DNA of 64,000 nucleotides from the NCBI GenBank assembly GCA_951406725.2, contig OX597832.1:16120001-16184000 (forward strand), read 5' to 3'. The translations under genes were made by a program, and so were the position numbers. Positions 27,187 through 42,130 of the stretch are shown in pieces. The stretch comes from Octopus vulgaris (lineage: Eukaryota). The first letter of the stretch is position 1, and each line of letters begins with the position of its first letter. Below the pieces are notes generated by a model, which did not search any database, was not told the DNA's origin, and saw nothing but the letters and a program-made list of their open reading frames with translations.

Positions 27187-28240
27187 TCTATGTTTACACA
27201 GATTTCTTGTGAGCACCAGCAAAAAATTCAGTTTTCCTGCTATACAGACTGGCGTTATAAATGATGGGTCTAAACATTAGAAGAATTATGAGACAATAAT
27301 CCTGTGTGTAATAGCCACTTCAATAACTTAGCCAAAAAACTTCTCCAATAATATATCACTTTATTTTCGTGTGCTAAGAAATTTTCCTGGCTGGTGAGGT
27401 TATGTTGATCAACAACTTCTAAATAATATTATACCATTATATTCCTGTTTCCTTCGTTTTCATCGGATATCTTGTGAGATGCCAATTTTCCGATTTAGGT
27501 CGTAATTCTCTCTAAACTGGATAATGTTGGTCTGCGGAGAAGGTTGCAAATAAATATCAGTTGCGAGTCTCTGCGTTATTTTAAATCATACGATTTACTT
27601 GACGTTGCAGTAGTTGATATAACAATATAGTGTGATATAAAATAATTTCCTTATAGAATAATGTGTGATACAACACAAGGATATGTTTTTGTAACACGTA
27701 CTGTCAAATATAGGGATATATGCGCATCTGTATCTAGGTGCGCGTATTTAATATAGTTATTCATAAGATACTCGCAAGAAGATGAACATGTGGTTTTCAC
27801 GAAGATTGGTGTATACAATGTTAATATTTGATATATTTTATCATAACTTTTTCAGACCCTTCTTCAAAATACAGCTATCAACAACATCAAGAAAACCGTG
27901 TAAAACAACTGTTTTCAAGCCATTACTTTATTTATTTTTCGCTTCATTAGGAACATTTTATGCCAAATTTATTACCCCCTTGTATGTAAGTGAAACAAAT
28001 ACTTTCAAAATATTGAATTCTTAATTATTCATAACTTTACATATTGAAAACAAATCTACATATATGATTCAGTACCCTTATAAATATTATTTTGTCAGAA
28101 CTTTGCAGAACAAATGCAAAAGATTAAAAAGCATATTCGATTGCAACTGTATGTAAACAATGGTAATCAAGCCATACAAGGTGTTTATTTTCCGTATTAT
28201 ACTATTTTGACGAGTAAAAAATTTATGTTAAAGTAATATG

Positions 28241-29467
28241 TACGAGGCAATATCAAAGGGTTTCTGGACTACCTATATTTAATAAAAAATAACTTATTTA
28301 TCTAACTTTTCGCATCATCTCCTTTGAAACAGTCAATTTACGTAGTGGTATATCAGTCGTTTCCCGTAAGTGAGTGGTGGACCATCTGCGAATAATTGTT
28401 CTGGATCTCGACAACGGTGTTAAAACGGCGACACTTTTAGCAAGGGCTAAATTTGGCGAATAGGGTGTGTACGGTTGCGATGCCATGATGTTTTTGGTGA
28501 TAAACTCACGAGGGAGGAGAGCTCGCTGACAGGATGCACTATCCTTGCAAAGAATCCAAATTCTACACAGATCAGGTCGCTCTCGACGAATACACTCGCT
28601 CTAAGCTTTCAAATGTCGCAGTAAATCTCTCGATTGACGGCCCGGCCCTGGGTGCGGGATAGGCACATTCTCGATGCACAATACCGCGGAAGACGAGAAC
28701 AAAATATTTCATGCCTTGGCTCAGGTTCATTTCTGTCTTATCATTATTGTTCGTGGAGATGAAAGCTACTTCCATTGTAACGAATGCTGCTTCGTCTTAA
28801 CGTCGTATCCCTGGATCCAACTCTTTTCACCTCTGAACTTCCTTTTCATGATGGGTCATCACCGACACAATGAAAGTGATCTTAACTGATTCGACACCAT
28901 GTTCCTTCTGCTCAGTGGTCAGCAGGCGGGGAACAAACTTAGCAGAGACATGTCACATGTTCAATTCAGATGTTTAGCTTGCCTGCTCGAACCCACAGGA
29001 CAGACTAATAATATTGATTGTCATCCGAGGCTCCTTATGCACAAGTTGATGAATTTTTTCCACACTTCCGTGGGTGACGCTCATGGTTGTTCTTTCATGT
29101 CCCTCATCCTCTTCCATGGAAGCTCTTCCGGTTTTGAAGCGCCTGTGCCATTCAAGATATAGCATATGACGTATTTCCTCATCCCCAAAGTATACTCAAT
29201 GACTTTGTAGTTGACTTGCCAAATAATTTAATGCAAATTTCACGTTGTATCGTTGTTCCTACTGTCCGTCATTACAATGTTTCAGAGTACAGCATATAAG
29301 TGTTCAGAAAAAAGACAATTTCAGAACTTGCGAAGTAAACACAATAATGTGACTAGGCACACTACCTCATGAAGATTACTGCTGGCTCACACTATGCCCG
29401 AAACCGCGCCCTGTCATTTGTTGGTGCGCTACAGAACTATTCTTGGAATTATTTGATTCCACCTAGA
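28241..29467 (-). mobile_element. Decayed mariner transposon (second lineage)
   Basis: TIR-like ends tacgaggcaatatcaaagggtttc and (revcomp) tctaggtggaatcaaataattcc. Minus-strand peptides EWHRRFKTGRASMEEDE, KFVP and TPYSPNLA. Multiple frameshifts. Confidence 0.88.
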
Positions 29468-31947
29468 AAAGTATGAAGACAAATCGTAATTACTATATGG
29501 AATTTTTATATATTAATTTCCACTTAACTTATAATTGAATTTTATGCATGACATATTATTAAAGATCGAGAATAATGAGTTATGCTTAAACCTCTAACAT
29601 TATAAATGTACTATTAACTGGTGTCATTAACAGAAGACGTTTCTACTAAATCTGCATGGATTATAAAATATGTCGGAGATCTCTAAGTTATATAGATGAC
29701 ACACCGATCACGCTTAAATCAAGTAAACATTGTTAGATCAAATGAAAATTGCCACTTGACCTCGTTAACATTATGTTGCCGAATTTATATAGTTTTTCTT
29801 TGAGGGTCGAAATCATAATGTCGAATCTACAAATGTTATCGTATAGCAATTTGAAATCTACACACATAATAATCATTTTAAACCTCGCCATATGTATTTA
29901 AATTTGCAAGAGAATCGAATGTAGATAAAGATAGTGATATGTTCTCAGACATATCTCATGGATTGTGTCCAACATTTGGGCCAACTTTATGAAAATCAAA
30001 AATTCCTTATCTGTGTCGCCATTTCCCTACAACCAGAGAGATGTAAAACACGTTGGATGCTTAGGTTCCAGGAGGACGATTTGTGCAAAGTGCCACGATA
30101 AGTTTAGCTTCACAATGAAGTGAAAGCAACAGCAGGAGTAGCCGCTGTGTTAAACTGTTTTCCAGATCGGTTTAGCATAATTATAGACATAAAATGGGGT
30201 GCATTTGGAGCTGATGAATGCATTAATAACAGAGATGACTGGGTATAGCCTTATTACCGACATTTTCGAAGTCTGAATAGCAATTTGATACGTTTGGTGT
30301 AAAATAAGTAAAAATACGTAGAGGTGAAAAAAAACAACATTTTTGTAGGCCCGTTCATTCCGTAGCGTCCAGAATGCGTGGTTAAAATCCACGGCTTTTC
30401 TACCGCCATTTGTCTAGATTGTAATGGATTATTGTTCATGAGAATGTAATGAACTTTAGTGTCACTTATTAATGTTAGCGGAGAATTTGAAGGATTGTGC
30501 AAAGCCGACAGGTCAATATCATATATGAGTGGCGGTGAGAGATAGCAGAAAAATCGAGGCGGCCAGAAATATTTTAAATTGGATATCTGCAATAGGGGCT
30601 ATACATCTTTCTTTAGCTTATTCGCTGGCGTTGTCTCAAATACATAATTCCCATGGCAGTAGAACAGGTGAAACCCCAGACCCCTTAGACCAACTGACGA
30701 ATAATTAGAAAGAAAGGAAGTGCTAAAAGAAAATATAAATGCTAATAGAAGTTGTATTTCCTACGTGGATCAGGATTACGAAGGCCTTACAAATATGCTA
30801 AAGGCAATCACCATTTCCAATATATATTAGTGAAGGTGAAAGACACCTAGTCTCAGGGGATCGCTTAGCAACGTACTTTCTGAAACGTTTCGACAGTCTC
30901 AATAGCCTCGATAATCAAAATTACTCTTTTGTAGTCACCTCAGCCATTTTTTACCGCACTTTCACGAGAGGAACATTTCAGTGTTCAGTGAAATCTGCTC
31001 ACAGATAACACGAAATATCCACCTATGAATTACTCTAATCTTAACATCCAAATGTAGATCAGAAGTAAACAGTAGGACCTAGACTCATGCCATCGTTGGT
31101 AAATTCTAAGATTTGGATATCTATTATATTTTTTTTAAAGAGTGGACGCTATATCGGAATAGTTTTATATCCATTTCTCTCATATGAATTTGTTGTAAAC
31201 CGTCACATTTTATAGTCTCTCTATATAATAAACAATTCAGTCTACTCCCTCATGACAAGCAATTTATATTTACAAATGCGCGTAAATCAGCGTACGCAGG
31301 TATTCGTTCTTGTGTCGAATGCGTCAGTTAATATTTTTAATGTTGAGTTTTCTTGTCACTGCCATAACACAAAAGCTATTTACTCCGTAATATTTCCTTA
31401 ACAATTTTATTATATAGCTTCAGATATATGCAATAGAGGGGAATATCAGTAATGTATTTTATGCAGCGTATATTTGTGATGTTGCTTTTATTGCTTATAT
31501 TACGTCATTATAATATCTATCCTTACATTTTTCGGTAAACATTATAAACATATATGATTTATTCAAGTAGATTTTACATTGAGGCGATGTTCGTTGGAAC
31601 ACGTTACGCAAGCTCTTCGGGTGAGACATTACTTCTATAAAGGAGTCCATAACACAATATTAGAAATAAAATCCCTCACCTCTAGCAATGTCACAATACT
31701 AGAGATCAAAGATATTGGTAAAGCAAATATCGCTTAAAAATTCATCATACTGCTACTTTCCTCTACACATAACTAGCAAGTATACGGAAGCTCAAAATCC
31801 CAAGAAATACACACACAAAAGACATTTCACATGATTCCAATACCATAATATACATTAGATGGAGAATGTCAAATAACCACATCGTAAAAGCAGTGTTGCT
31901 GTAAGCTCTTTTCATGGTATTTTACACACGTTGACTGTCTTGTTATC

Positions 31948-32104
<157 letters not shown>

Positions 32105-33122
32105 GTTGCGTGTGTGCATGTTAATGTGAGTGCGCATATGTGTATCTATGAAATCATGCATGTATGTTTATATGAGGAGATTGAACGTATATTATAGTCA
32201 TTCATGTATTGATTTATGTATACATACATGCATACATACATATATGTGCGTCTTAGTCTTTAAGTACATTTTATTATTTTCCTTAAACATAATGATAAAA
32301 TAATTAAGTATGATATCTCAATATACATGGAGAAGCTTTTTGATGCTGAACTAGTATTCAAATACCAGCTCTTTGCTTTTCGTAGAGACACTGGCAAGGT
32401 CACGTATTTAGCACTCACGTATCTCCAATACACACACGTACAAATTCTCACACACACAAACACACACACATACACAGACATACACAAACACGAAACGTAC
32501 ACACACGTCATTTGCTCACGTATCCTTACGTACCGTCGCACAACCAAACACACAGATATTGAAACATATACGAGTATGCCTACAGGTGCTCATCTATCAC
32601 TAAACATCACAATAATCCCCAAATAATAATTCAGCTTAGTAAGAGATCGAACAAGTGCATTACCCAGGTAACTCTCACAGGTAATTTCTATCTTATCTTA
32701 TATCTTTTATTCCCTTCCTATTCCATTTTTCTTGAACATTTCTCTCTTAATATCCGACGAAGGAATATGCCAGAGTGTTATAGTTATAATACATATACAT
32801 ATATATATATAACAGATTTTCGAAATCAGCAAATGTATTTTGCTTGAAAATCTATATATAAATATCCTGCAGAGTGAGTTGTTCGTCGAGGAAGCGGCGC
32901 CTACCATACGTTGATAATAGGCAAACACCTTGAAACCTAGGTCCCTGTGTGGTTTACGCTTCATCGGGGAATTATCTCCCTTTGGAGGATAGAGGACGCC
33001 GTGATGGTGTCAAGCCTATCTGGCGACGTTGATGTTCGCCTGGGGCTAAATGCAACAGTAACCCCCACCAACACCACCGTGCCCTGTCCCTAGCCATATT
33101 CAGATGGCTTTAGTCCCTTATG

Positions 33123-33177
<55 letters not shown>

Positions 33178-33309
33178 CATATAGCACTTATATCTGTGCA
33201 TGGCAAAACAGATTGTGCAGTAGCTGAACTTTGCTCACCACTGCGCAAGATTACTACAATCAACAGACACGAGATTGCGTCCCTTAACTCCTGCACGGTC
33301 GTCACGCTA

Positions 33310-33990
33310 ATATTTTTTTACTAAATATTGGGGGCCTGTTGCATCACAACAAACGCAATTTTTTTCCGGAGAGTCCATGCTTGTATGCAATATAGCCCTA
33401 TGCATAGCACCCGTTGAAACTCAGCTGCGCCCTAATATAGAGGATGGATAAGTACACGTACAAAAATATATCATATTAGGAACAGACCAGAAGGGAAAGG
33501 AGCCTGGTGGAGTTGCTGTATATATTCGTGAAGACCACACACCTCATGTCTTATTGTCATACTTAAATTCAGCATGTGACACTCTAATTGTATACATAAG
33601 ACAACACAATATAGTCATATGCAATGCATATCTCCAACTGGATTCTCCAAATCACATAGGGAAGTTTAATGATTACCCCAGAAGAATTAAAGAAACCTTA
33701 CTGAAAATTGAACAACATAAGCGCGTATTTCTTATGGGTGATTTCAACTTCCCCAACATCAAATGGTCCCGTTAACTCATTGCCCACAATCACAGGTGAA
33801 GTCCCTCCTCAACATCACCAATGCCCTATTCATGGAGCAAGTTGTACTCAGACCAACGAGAGCGAATAACATTTTGGATCTCTGATTCACAAACAATATG
33901 GTCATCGTTCGTGACGCCAATATTAGTTACGGATCACAACATGATAGAGCTGTCTATGTATGGACCAAAAGTAGCCAGCAACATGCAGCA
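33310..33990 (+). mobile_element. LINE ORF2 AP-endonuclease fragment (CR1/L2-group-like), decayed
   Basis: Motifs in order across frames: LNIGGL, ETQL, GGVAVYIRE, FLMGDFNFPNIKW, MEQVVLRPTRANNILDL*FTN, TDHNMIE. Confidence 0.88.
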
Positions 33991-34133
33991 TAAGGAACTT
34001 CCAAACCGGGGACTGGAAATCGATCCAAAGAAAAGGATCGTCCAACCCTGCGCTACAAGCGTCCAAAGACCGGTATTTTATATAATGTACCGCATAAGTT
34101 CACTTTTTAACCAGAAATTTCGGGAAATGAGAT

Positions 34134-34302
34134 TTGTCGATTATATCGTCCCCAGTGTTTAACTGGTACTCATTTTATTGAGCCCCAAAAGAACGAAATG
34201 CAGAGTCGATTCCGGTGACATTTGAGCATAGAAGGTAGACCCGGACGAAGTACCGCTAGGCATTTTTCCCGGCAAGCTAACGATTCTGCCAGATCGCTGG
34301 CT
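34134..34302 (-). mobile_element. Degenerate SINE family B copy
   Basis: The reverse complement matches the family B head (gatctggcagaatcgttagc) and central domain. Confidence 0.75.
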
Positions 34303-36666
34303 TGAGAATCGTTATAATTTAGCTGCTATTTAGACCGATATACTTTCGCTATACTAGCATCTTTGAATTATATATTTTACCTGCTTGTTCACGCAATTCA
34401 CATGTGACGCGCAGTATCAATGTTGTAAGAACAATAGTTTGAAAATAAATGTGTGGTATACTGCCTCACACATAGGCTATATTTATCAAATAAATAACGT
34501 ATCCAGCTGATCTGTAATGCATCCAAATCATTTGAACCGTAATAACCTTGCATTCGGTGATGCATCTAGTCCTAAGCTGAATATCGATAGTATTCTATGA
34601 ATATTTGTTTATGAGTAATATACTCAAGCATCTTATGTGAACTCTAAACGTGTGGAAAAGCAAAAAGCATATCAAGTTAGAAAAGAAAAACGCAAGTAAA
34701 TTTATTCATCGACATCTACTGAGAGGTAACAACATTTTCTGCATCATGATTGTAACAACACAAGATATGCCTATGGACACTGCCGTCTTGTTTTTCTTTT
34801 TCTTTTTATTTCTCTCTCTCCCCCTTTTTTTTTCTTTTTACTTATATACAATTTAGCTTTAATGGAACATCATCTTAGTCGATAGTGTCGTGTATGTTCT
34901 GTTAGTGGTAATAAAACAAGAAGAAAATTGAGGGATTTTCGAACGCTATTTTAACATCGCGAATCCATTCTTACTCGATCCACGGCGCAATTACATAATC
35001 ACATCAAAATACAATAAGCCGCATCACACATTCTCAGATTTGACAATATGTAATTAAGCACTTTTTTTAATAGGCAAATCTCGCACTGATAATCATGGTA
35101 AATGAGATATTGCATATACAATGACTAAATACCTGTAAAACTCTTGAAACTTAAATCCCCAGCTGCAGGAATTCGGCTGCTCAAAAGTAGGGATATAATC
35201 GTAAAGCTACTTCCATACTTACCTGATATATCATATATTATTCAAGAGCGTAGGATCATTCATTACCGACAGATCCATTAGATGACTAACGATTTCCACC
35301 TTTATGTGACTAACATATCGCTCCTCTAGTGCTCGCTGTCCTCTTAACTAAAAGGCTTTGTACGCGATTTAGTCCTCAGTATATCTCCCGTTTGGTTTCG
35401 TTTGGCCTTAACACTGTAAAATAACGTTTTCCCATTGACCTATTCTATTAAATGCTGCTTTACATAAAAAAATACAATCTTTGAGCTTTATGAACACTGC
35501 CCGTTGTGACAATCTGGAAAAAGTGCTAGAATAGAGAAGGAATAGTTAGAGAGACTAACTTCCTAGCTCTTTTGAAGTGCATTAATTCCTATACTTTTCA
35601 ACGTATCTAGTGTACATGTTAAAGCGATTGGCATATGTTTAAATCCTGTAGAACATTAATCTTTAAAATGATATTAAGTATAAAGACATGATCCTATAAC
35701 GAGAGACCCTTTCTCCTCCACTCCTTATAGGTGATAAGGGAAGATATATTTAATGATTACTGATGTGTATAGCGAAATGAAATGCCATGTCATATATCCA
35801 TCATAGAAATATTTTAAGAGGTTTCAAAGGGGAAGAAAAAAGAACTTGAAATCATAGCCAAATGCTAGCTATAGCACAAACGATTTTAAACTCATTAAAG
35901 TAGCAATTATTAAGGGAATATTTTTACAAACATATTTCCTGCGCTTTTATTTTATATTTTATATTTGTTCCCCAACATGCAATCTACTCGATATTGATTA
36001 TTATCATAGATGGCAAACGAGAATAAAATCGGGAACAACTGCAAAAACGCATGTAGGTGAATAATATATAACATCTCATAGGATATAAACATACAAAAGA
36101 ATGATAATTATAATAAATTAATTGACTTTTATTTCACACCGTATTTGTAATCATAGTATTCCTGTTAGAACAGAACACAATATTGTTATATGATTTCACA
36201 CTCGATGGCTTATCCATCCAATTGTAAACAATCTAAGCATCTATCTTTGCCAATTTCGCAATTATCGAGGGGAGGAAATATATTTCTTAAACAATGGGAA
36301 ATTTATAGAATAATGTCATATACACAGATGTAAAATGAGTATAATTATATGAAATTAAATCAGAACTTCTCGTTATATTCGGAAGAAGTTTTATGGTTTA
36401 GTTTGATTTCTAAGTTGACTGAAATCTCTTTATGGCATTTCTTTGAACAATAGGTCGTTCAGATAATTTTTGAACAAAATATTTGCGTTTGCATAATCGA
36501 CAGAAACATCCATTGGGTGTTGTACAGGAAAACAAATGTATGTTAACTCAAAGTAGTAAGACGGAATGTATAGAAATCATTGATTCTATATCAGTAAACC
36601 AGACACACACACATAATATACGTGTGTGAGTATGTGCATATATAATTGATCTACTCTCTCTCCCTC

Positions 36667-36739
<73 letters not shown>

Positions 36740-37963
36740 ACACATATATATAAGCAGAGAAAGATAGATAGAGAGGAGTTACAGAGAAAGCGAGGGAGAG
36801 ATGAAAATATATAAAGTATATCTTTTAGTCATTCTGGTCGCAGTTGCATGAAAACAGGTTCTAACAAGCAGATGTACACACTGGATAGAGGGACATCCAC
36901 ATATTGGCACTGGAATTTATCCTCACATTTAGAAAAAATAAGTTCTCAATTGAAACCAAAATAACCGGTAATGCGTAATCAAATATACAGTGGCCAAGAG
37001 ATAACGTGGGCGAGAGAGTGTAAGGATAATAAAAAGAGAGAAAGACATTTTTTTCTTGAATGTTTTGGTGCAGCTAGTTACGTCCCGTTTGAAGAAGGTC
37101 GTAAATTGAAAACTAAAATATATAAAAGTGATACTAAAATATATCAAATTATTTAAATCTCTAGATATAACTAAATCATTACAGCCACATTAACGGTCTC
37201 CCAGGAATCATAGTAAACCAGTCATTTATGCTATATTTATCTTTAGATATTAATATATATTGTCAAAATAATTGCATTTTGAAGTACTGTTCATTTAAAA
37301 GAGAATGGCAGTAAAATCGCTAATATGAATCAAAACCCACAAAGCCGGAGGTATCACCTTCACAAATGCAATTACTTTGTGGTCATATATTCCGAACAAT
37401 ATGATAATATAGTTTAGTTCAAAATGAAAGCCATATTTTGGTAGGTAACAAACTGTATCGAATAGCATTATTTTTTATTACTATATTAACATATACATTT
37501 TTTTTTGCAGGAACGTTTGTTGGTAAATATAATTATTTTCAAAAACTGACATTATTACAGAGTTGCATGAAACATATTTATGATCTCAATATCTTGAAAT
37601 TATATGCTTTGAAGTGGGTGTCTCTTACAATTTTGGAGACGTAAAACAAATCGATGAATATCGTTTAAAAAAGTTTAGAAAAATAGACTTAAGGTTTAAT
37701 AGTATCATTACAAGGTTTGATATAATTTAAGGTAAATCATGTTTAAAGTGACTGAAAAAAAGTTTACCACAATATAATTACATCTCGGTTGTTTACTTTG
37801 TGTCTCACATTAATTATAGAAAAGTTTAACGACGCACTCAATATCACACTTCAATTAACACACATAGTGACACAGACATAGACACTTGCTCACATACATG
37901 TATACACTTAAATATATATCTACATATATGTATATAATTACATATATATACATATGTATATAA

Positions 37964-38038
<75 letters not shown>

Positions 38039-38479
38039 GTGAGAGGATCGATAGTTAGATAGATAGATAGATGGCGTTTATATATTCACTTCTTCGCAGT
38101 TGATTATTATATTCAAGGCTTTTTCACATAACTCCGTCCCCATACCACAACATATAAGGAGAAAATAAAAGCTTGGGAATTGAGATTTAGTCGATAGAAT
38201 TTTAACTTATATAATCGGAATTTACTTTGAATTGAAAATAGAATTACAGCAACCTCACTAAACTTTCGGGCTCTGGTAACTGGTTATAACAACCTAGGCT
38301 GGCAGAATAGTAAAATTTTGACAACCCCGATTAGATAAAATATCATTTGAGTACAGGAGTCGATGTAGTCTACCCTCGACTTACCCACTCCATGCTGCTC
38401 AGTCACCTAAATTCGAAAACACCACCATGAACACTATTGCTGCTGTTGTTATTTGTGTTGTTGTTCTTGTTCAGAAAGC

Positions 38480-39030
38480 GTTGAACTGTCAGGGTCGATA
38501 GCATACCGCGTCCGTCTTTAATTTCGTGTTCAAACTCTGTCTTGGTTGCGTTTGTCCTTCATACTTTCGGGGTCGATAAAGTAAGCACTAGTTCAACACT
38601 AGGGTGTATGTAGTCGATTTACTCCCATGCCAGTGCTAAAGTTGAAACTGATAACGGGAAACAAATTAAGACGGAGATTTATCATACCCGTAAGCGCAGT
38701 GGGCAAATTGCTTAGCGGTATTTTGTCAGTCTTTAAGGCGGTGAGTTGGCAGAAACGTTCGCACGCTGGACGAAATGCGTAGCCGTAATTCGTCTGTCGC
38801 TACGTTCTGAGTTCAAATTCCGCCGAGGTCGACTTTGCCTTTCATCCTTTCGGGGTCGATTAAATAAGTACCAGTTATGCACTGGGGTTGATATAATCGA
38901 CTAATCCGCTTGTCTGTCCTTGTTTGTCCCCTCTCTGTTTAGCCCCTTGTGGGTAGTAAAGAAATAGGTATTTTGTCAGTCTTTATGTCCTCAGTTCAAA
39001 TTCCACTGCGTTTAAATTTTCTTTTCATTC
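38480..39030 (+). mobile_element. Cluster of nested SINE family B copies; youngest copy 38736-38966
   Basis: The full copy is flanked by a perfect 19-bp TSD ggtattttgtcagtcttta (38717-38735 and 38967-38985), inside an older copy. Another old copy lies at about 38480-38620. Confidence 0.9.
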
Positions 39031-39132
39031 TTTTAGATGTGGAGCTAACAAATAGTAGCAGGTCACTAGTGTCCGTGTAATTGAATTTTCTCTATCACCC
39101 AAAATGTGCTAAAGTTTAAAATCAATATCAAG

Positions 39133-39498
39133 ATAGGCGCAGTTGTGGTAAGTAGCTTGCTTACCAACCACATATTTCTCGGTTCAGTAAAACTGTATGG
39201 CACCTTGGGTAACCAAAGCCTTGTAGTGGATTTGGTAGACGGAAACTGAAAGACGCCCGTCGTATATATGTATATATGTGTATGTCTATGTATATGTTTG
39301 TATGTCTGTGTTTGTGCCCCAACATCGCTTGACAACCAGTGCTGGTGTGTTTACGTCCCCGTAACTTAGCGGTTCGGCAGAAGGGACCGATATCATAAGT
39401 ACTAGGCTTACAGAAACCCTGGGGTCGATTTGCTCAACTAAAGGCGGTGCTCCAGCATCGCCGCAGTCGAATGAGTGAAAGAATTAAAAGAGTAAGAG
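39133..39498 (+). mobile_element. SINE family C
   Basis: Colinear with 52477-52870, with a few internal deletions. Followed by (GA)n. Confidence 0.9.
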
Positions 39499-39500
39499 AG

Positions 39501-39543
<43 letters not shown>

Positions 39544-40852
39544 AATACTATAGAAATTCGTGTTTTCGGTGTGAAGGAGTAGTCTCAGCATTACAGATTG
39601 TATACACAAGTAATCTCCTGTCTCTGAAAATGCTACTGTTGGTATTTATATTATACGATTACTAGATTATGTAATTCCTATTCAATAATGTAGCCTTGTT
39701 ATATATAAACGAGAGAATTACTTTGTATTCAATCGTGATTACATATGGTTAATCATGTTTATAGATAAATTACATATAGTTTTTAATAAATTTATGGTAG
39801 TGTTCTTTCTCGTTACCTAGTAAAACGTATCAAATGTCTCACTAATATTATCCATATATTATATATATGAAATTCGGAAGTCTTTATCAAATTCCCGTGA
39901 TAATGTTTCTAGTATACTAATATAATTCGTATACTCTGTTACATCACACATTTACAATATTTTAGGGAACATTTATCAAGAAGAAAACAGATTTAAGGAA
40001 GTGAATAATTTTGTGTCACAATTTCCATAACCCATAATCCGTTGCTCATTTTGTTGACCCACTCTTTTAAAGTATTTACTTAGCTTTGGCTAGAATGGCT
40101 AATACATTACTACTAAACCCCCTTTCAGATATTAACATTCTAAGACACTCCGCCGTCTCTGGATTTAGAACGCTTTTCTCTATGTGATATTTTAAGTTAT
40201 TAATCAGTAAATTGGTCGATTCTGTTCTGATGTATTTCTAACAATGTACATTTAGGTTGATAGGTACATTGACTGCATTATGGCTATTCCCTAAGTATGT
40301 TATATATTACTGTTGTTCATTACTTAGGAAGAATAAAGCAAAGCACAGCGTTTGATTTTTATCGAAAAACAGATCAACATAATGAAAAAAATTACACCTC
40401 AACAAGCACTGGCTGCTATTATTTGTCTATTATCAAGTCTCTGTAGACACAATGTGTCTGAAATAGTATTAGCCAGACGAAATAGACCGGTGTCTGATTT
40501 AGGAACGTATCACTGAACATCTGCCATTAAATCCTTGGGTAGTTAGCGTTATGTATTCCCTGGTCGATAAAATAATTAGCGATAATGGTGTTACTTGTTT
40601 ATTCAAACTAATCCGTTATATTTATAGCACATATAAAATATACAAGAAAATTATGCTGGAAAGAGTGTATATTCTCTAATAGTTACCTATTAAATCATAG
40701 TAGTGCTTTGATAGATGTAGTTGTTTTGGCATATATGGATAAATAACAGAATACATTCAACATGGGAATTTTATTAATATGCATCGTTTCCAATTAGTCA
40801 AGCCAAAGTTAACTGCCTTGTTTATACCAAATTTTCACCATGAAGAGGGCGC

Positions 40853-40909
<57 letters not shown>

Positions 40910-41490
40910 ATACATATATATACATACATATATATATGAGTAAGTTTTTGTACCGGTTTACATCATTTTAGACTTTGCAACTAAGAGAAAAGTAAGAAAA
41001 AGGAAATGTCTTATACATATTTGTTTAGTCTTTTAATAGGTAAATGTTATTATAGCTTTCGAGCGGTCTGTCTGTCTGTCTCTTAGTCTCTCTCTCTCTC
41101 TATCTCTTTTCTATTGTGAATATCAAGTAAATGAGTAGGGGCTTAGTAGAAAAATTGATGGAATAGTATGGGTACAGACAATTGATGGTTTAAGCAAGAG
41201 CAATGGAGGGAGGAGAAAAAGTGGGAGGAGAGAAAAAAGAAGAAGAGGAAGGAGAGGAAGACGATGATGATAATGACGATGAGGAGGAGGTGAGGAAGAT
41301 GATGTATGTATGTACCGTCATCCTCTGACGTAAACCACGATTAGTTTGACCAATATATTGTCCTTGTCACTCTCAGTTAGTTAATACATATATTAGGTTT
41401 CCCGAAGTACATGTGAAGTTGTTTTTCACTGTGAAACGTTGTCCCTGTTTGAAAAAATTATTCCGATCCCTCTATTAGTTTTACACATAT

Positions 41491-41727
41491 ACCTATTTCT
41501 TTACTACCCACAAAGGGGCTAAACACAGAGGGGACAAACAAGGACGGACAAACGGATTAAGTCGATTACATCGACCCCAGTGCGGAACTGGTACTGAATT
41601 TATCGACCCCGAAAGGATGAAAAGTTAAGTCGACTCGACGGAATTTGAACTCAGAACGTAACGGCAGACGAAATACGGCTATGTATTTTTCCCGGCGTGC
41701 TAACGATTCTGCCAGTTCGCCGCCTTG
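41491..41727 (-). mobile_element. SINE family B, full length
   Basis: Imperfect reverse complement of 38736-38970, flanked by the direct repeat acacatat. Confidence 0.92.
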
Positions 41728-41744
41728 ACACATATACCACAGTC

Positions 41745-42130
41745 AGGTATTCTGCATTTTTTTCTGTCGGTTATGATATTGTTGGCAAGTGTACTTGGGC
41801 CTGTGTTAGAATAATTTTCATTGGGTTGGGTTGACTTTTGCACTGTATGTTGGTGTGTAATTTGAATATGTAATAAATTATATAGTGCCGTTTTAGGAAA
41901 GTGATTTTAAAGAGGATGGTGTCGAAGGTCTCATTGTTTAGAGACTTGTGCGTAGATATGTATGGTAGGGCTTTTGACTGTAAATCTTTCTTTCGTTTGG
42001 GGTGTCTGAGTTCGTGGATGTTGAGTGGTAGTGCACGTTTAAAGCCTATATTAATTAGTGATGGTAGACAGATCCTGCTGATAAGTGTATCCTCTAGTTT
42101 GTGTGATATTATGTATCTTAAGTCTGAACT
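41745..42130 (-). pseudogene. Penelope-like RT thumb/linker fragment
   Basis: Minus strand reads LEDTLISRICLPSLINIGFKRALPLNIHELRHPK...ALPYISTHKSLN, matching the PLE pattern LxxRxYPxxLIxxGxxxAxxxxxxELR...LPFISTHNPxN. Confidence 0.7.

Noticed and set aside
30000-30680. Overlapping minus-strand ORFs with faint LRR-like spacing
   Set aside because: No complete LxxLxLxxN repeat; the similarity is within chance.
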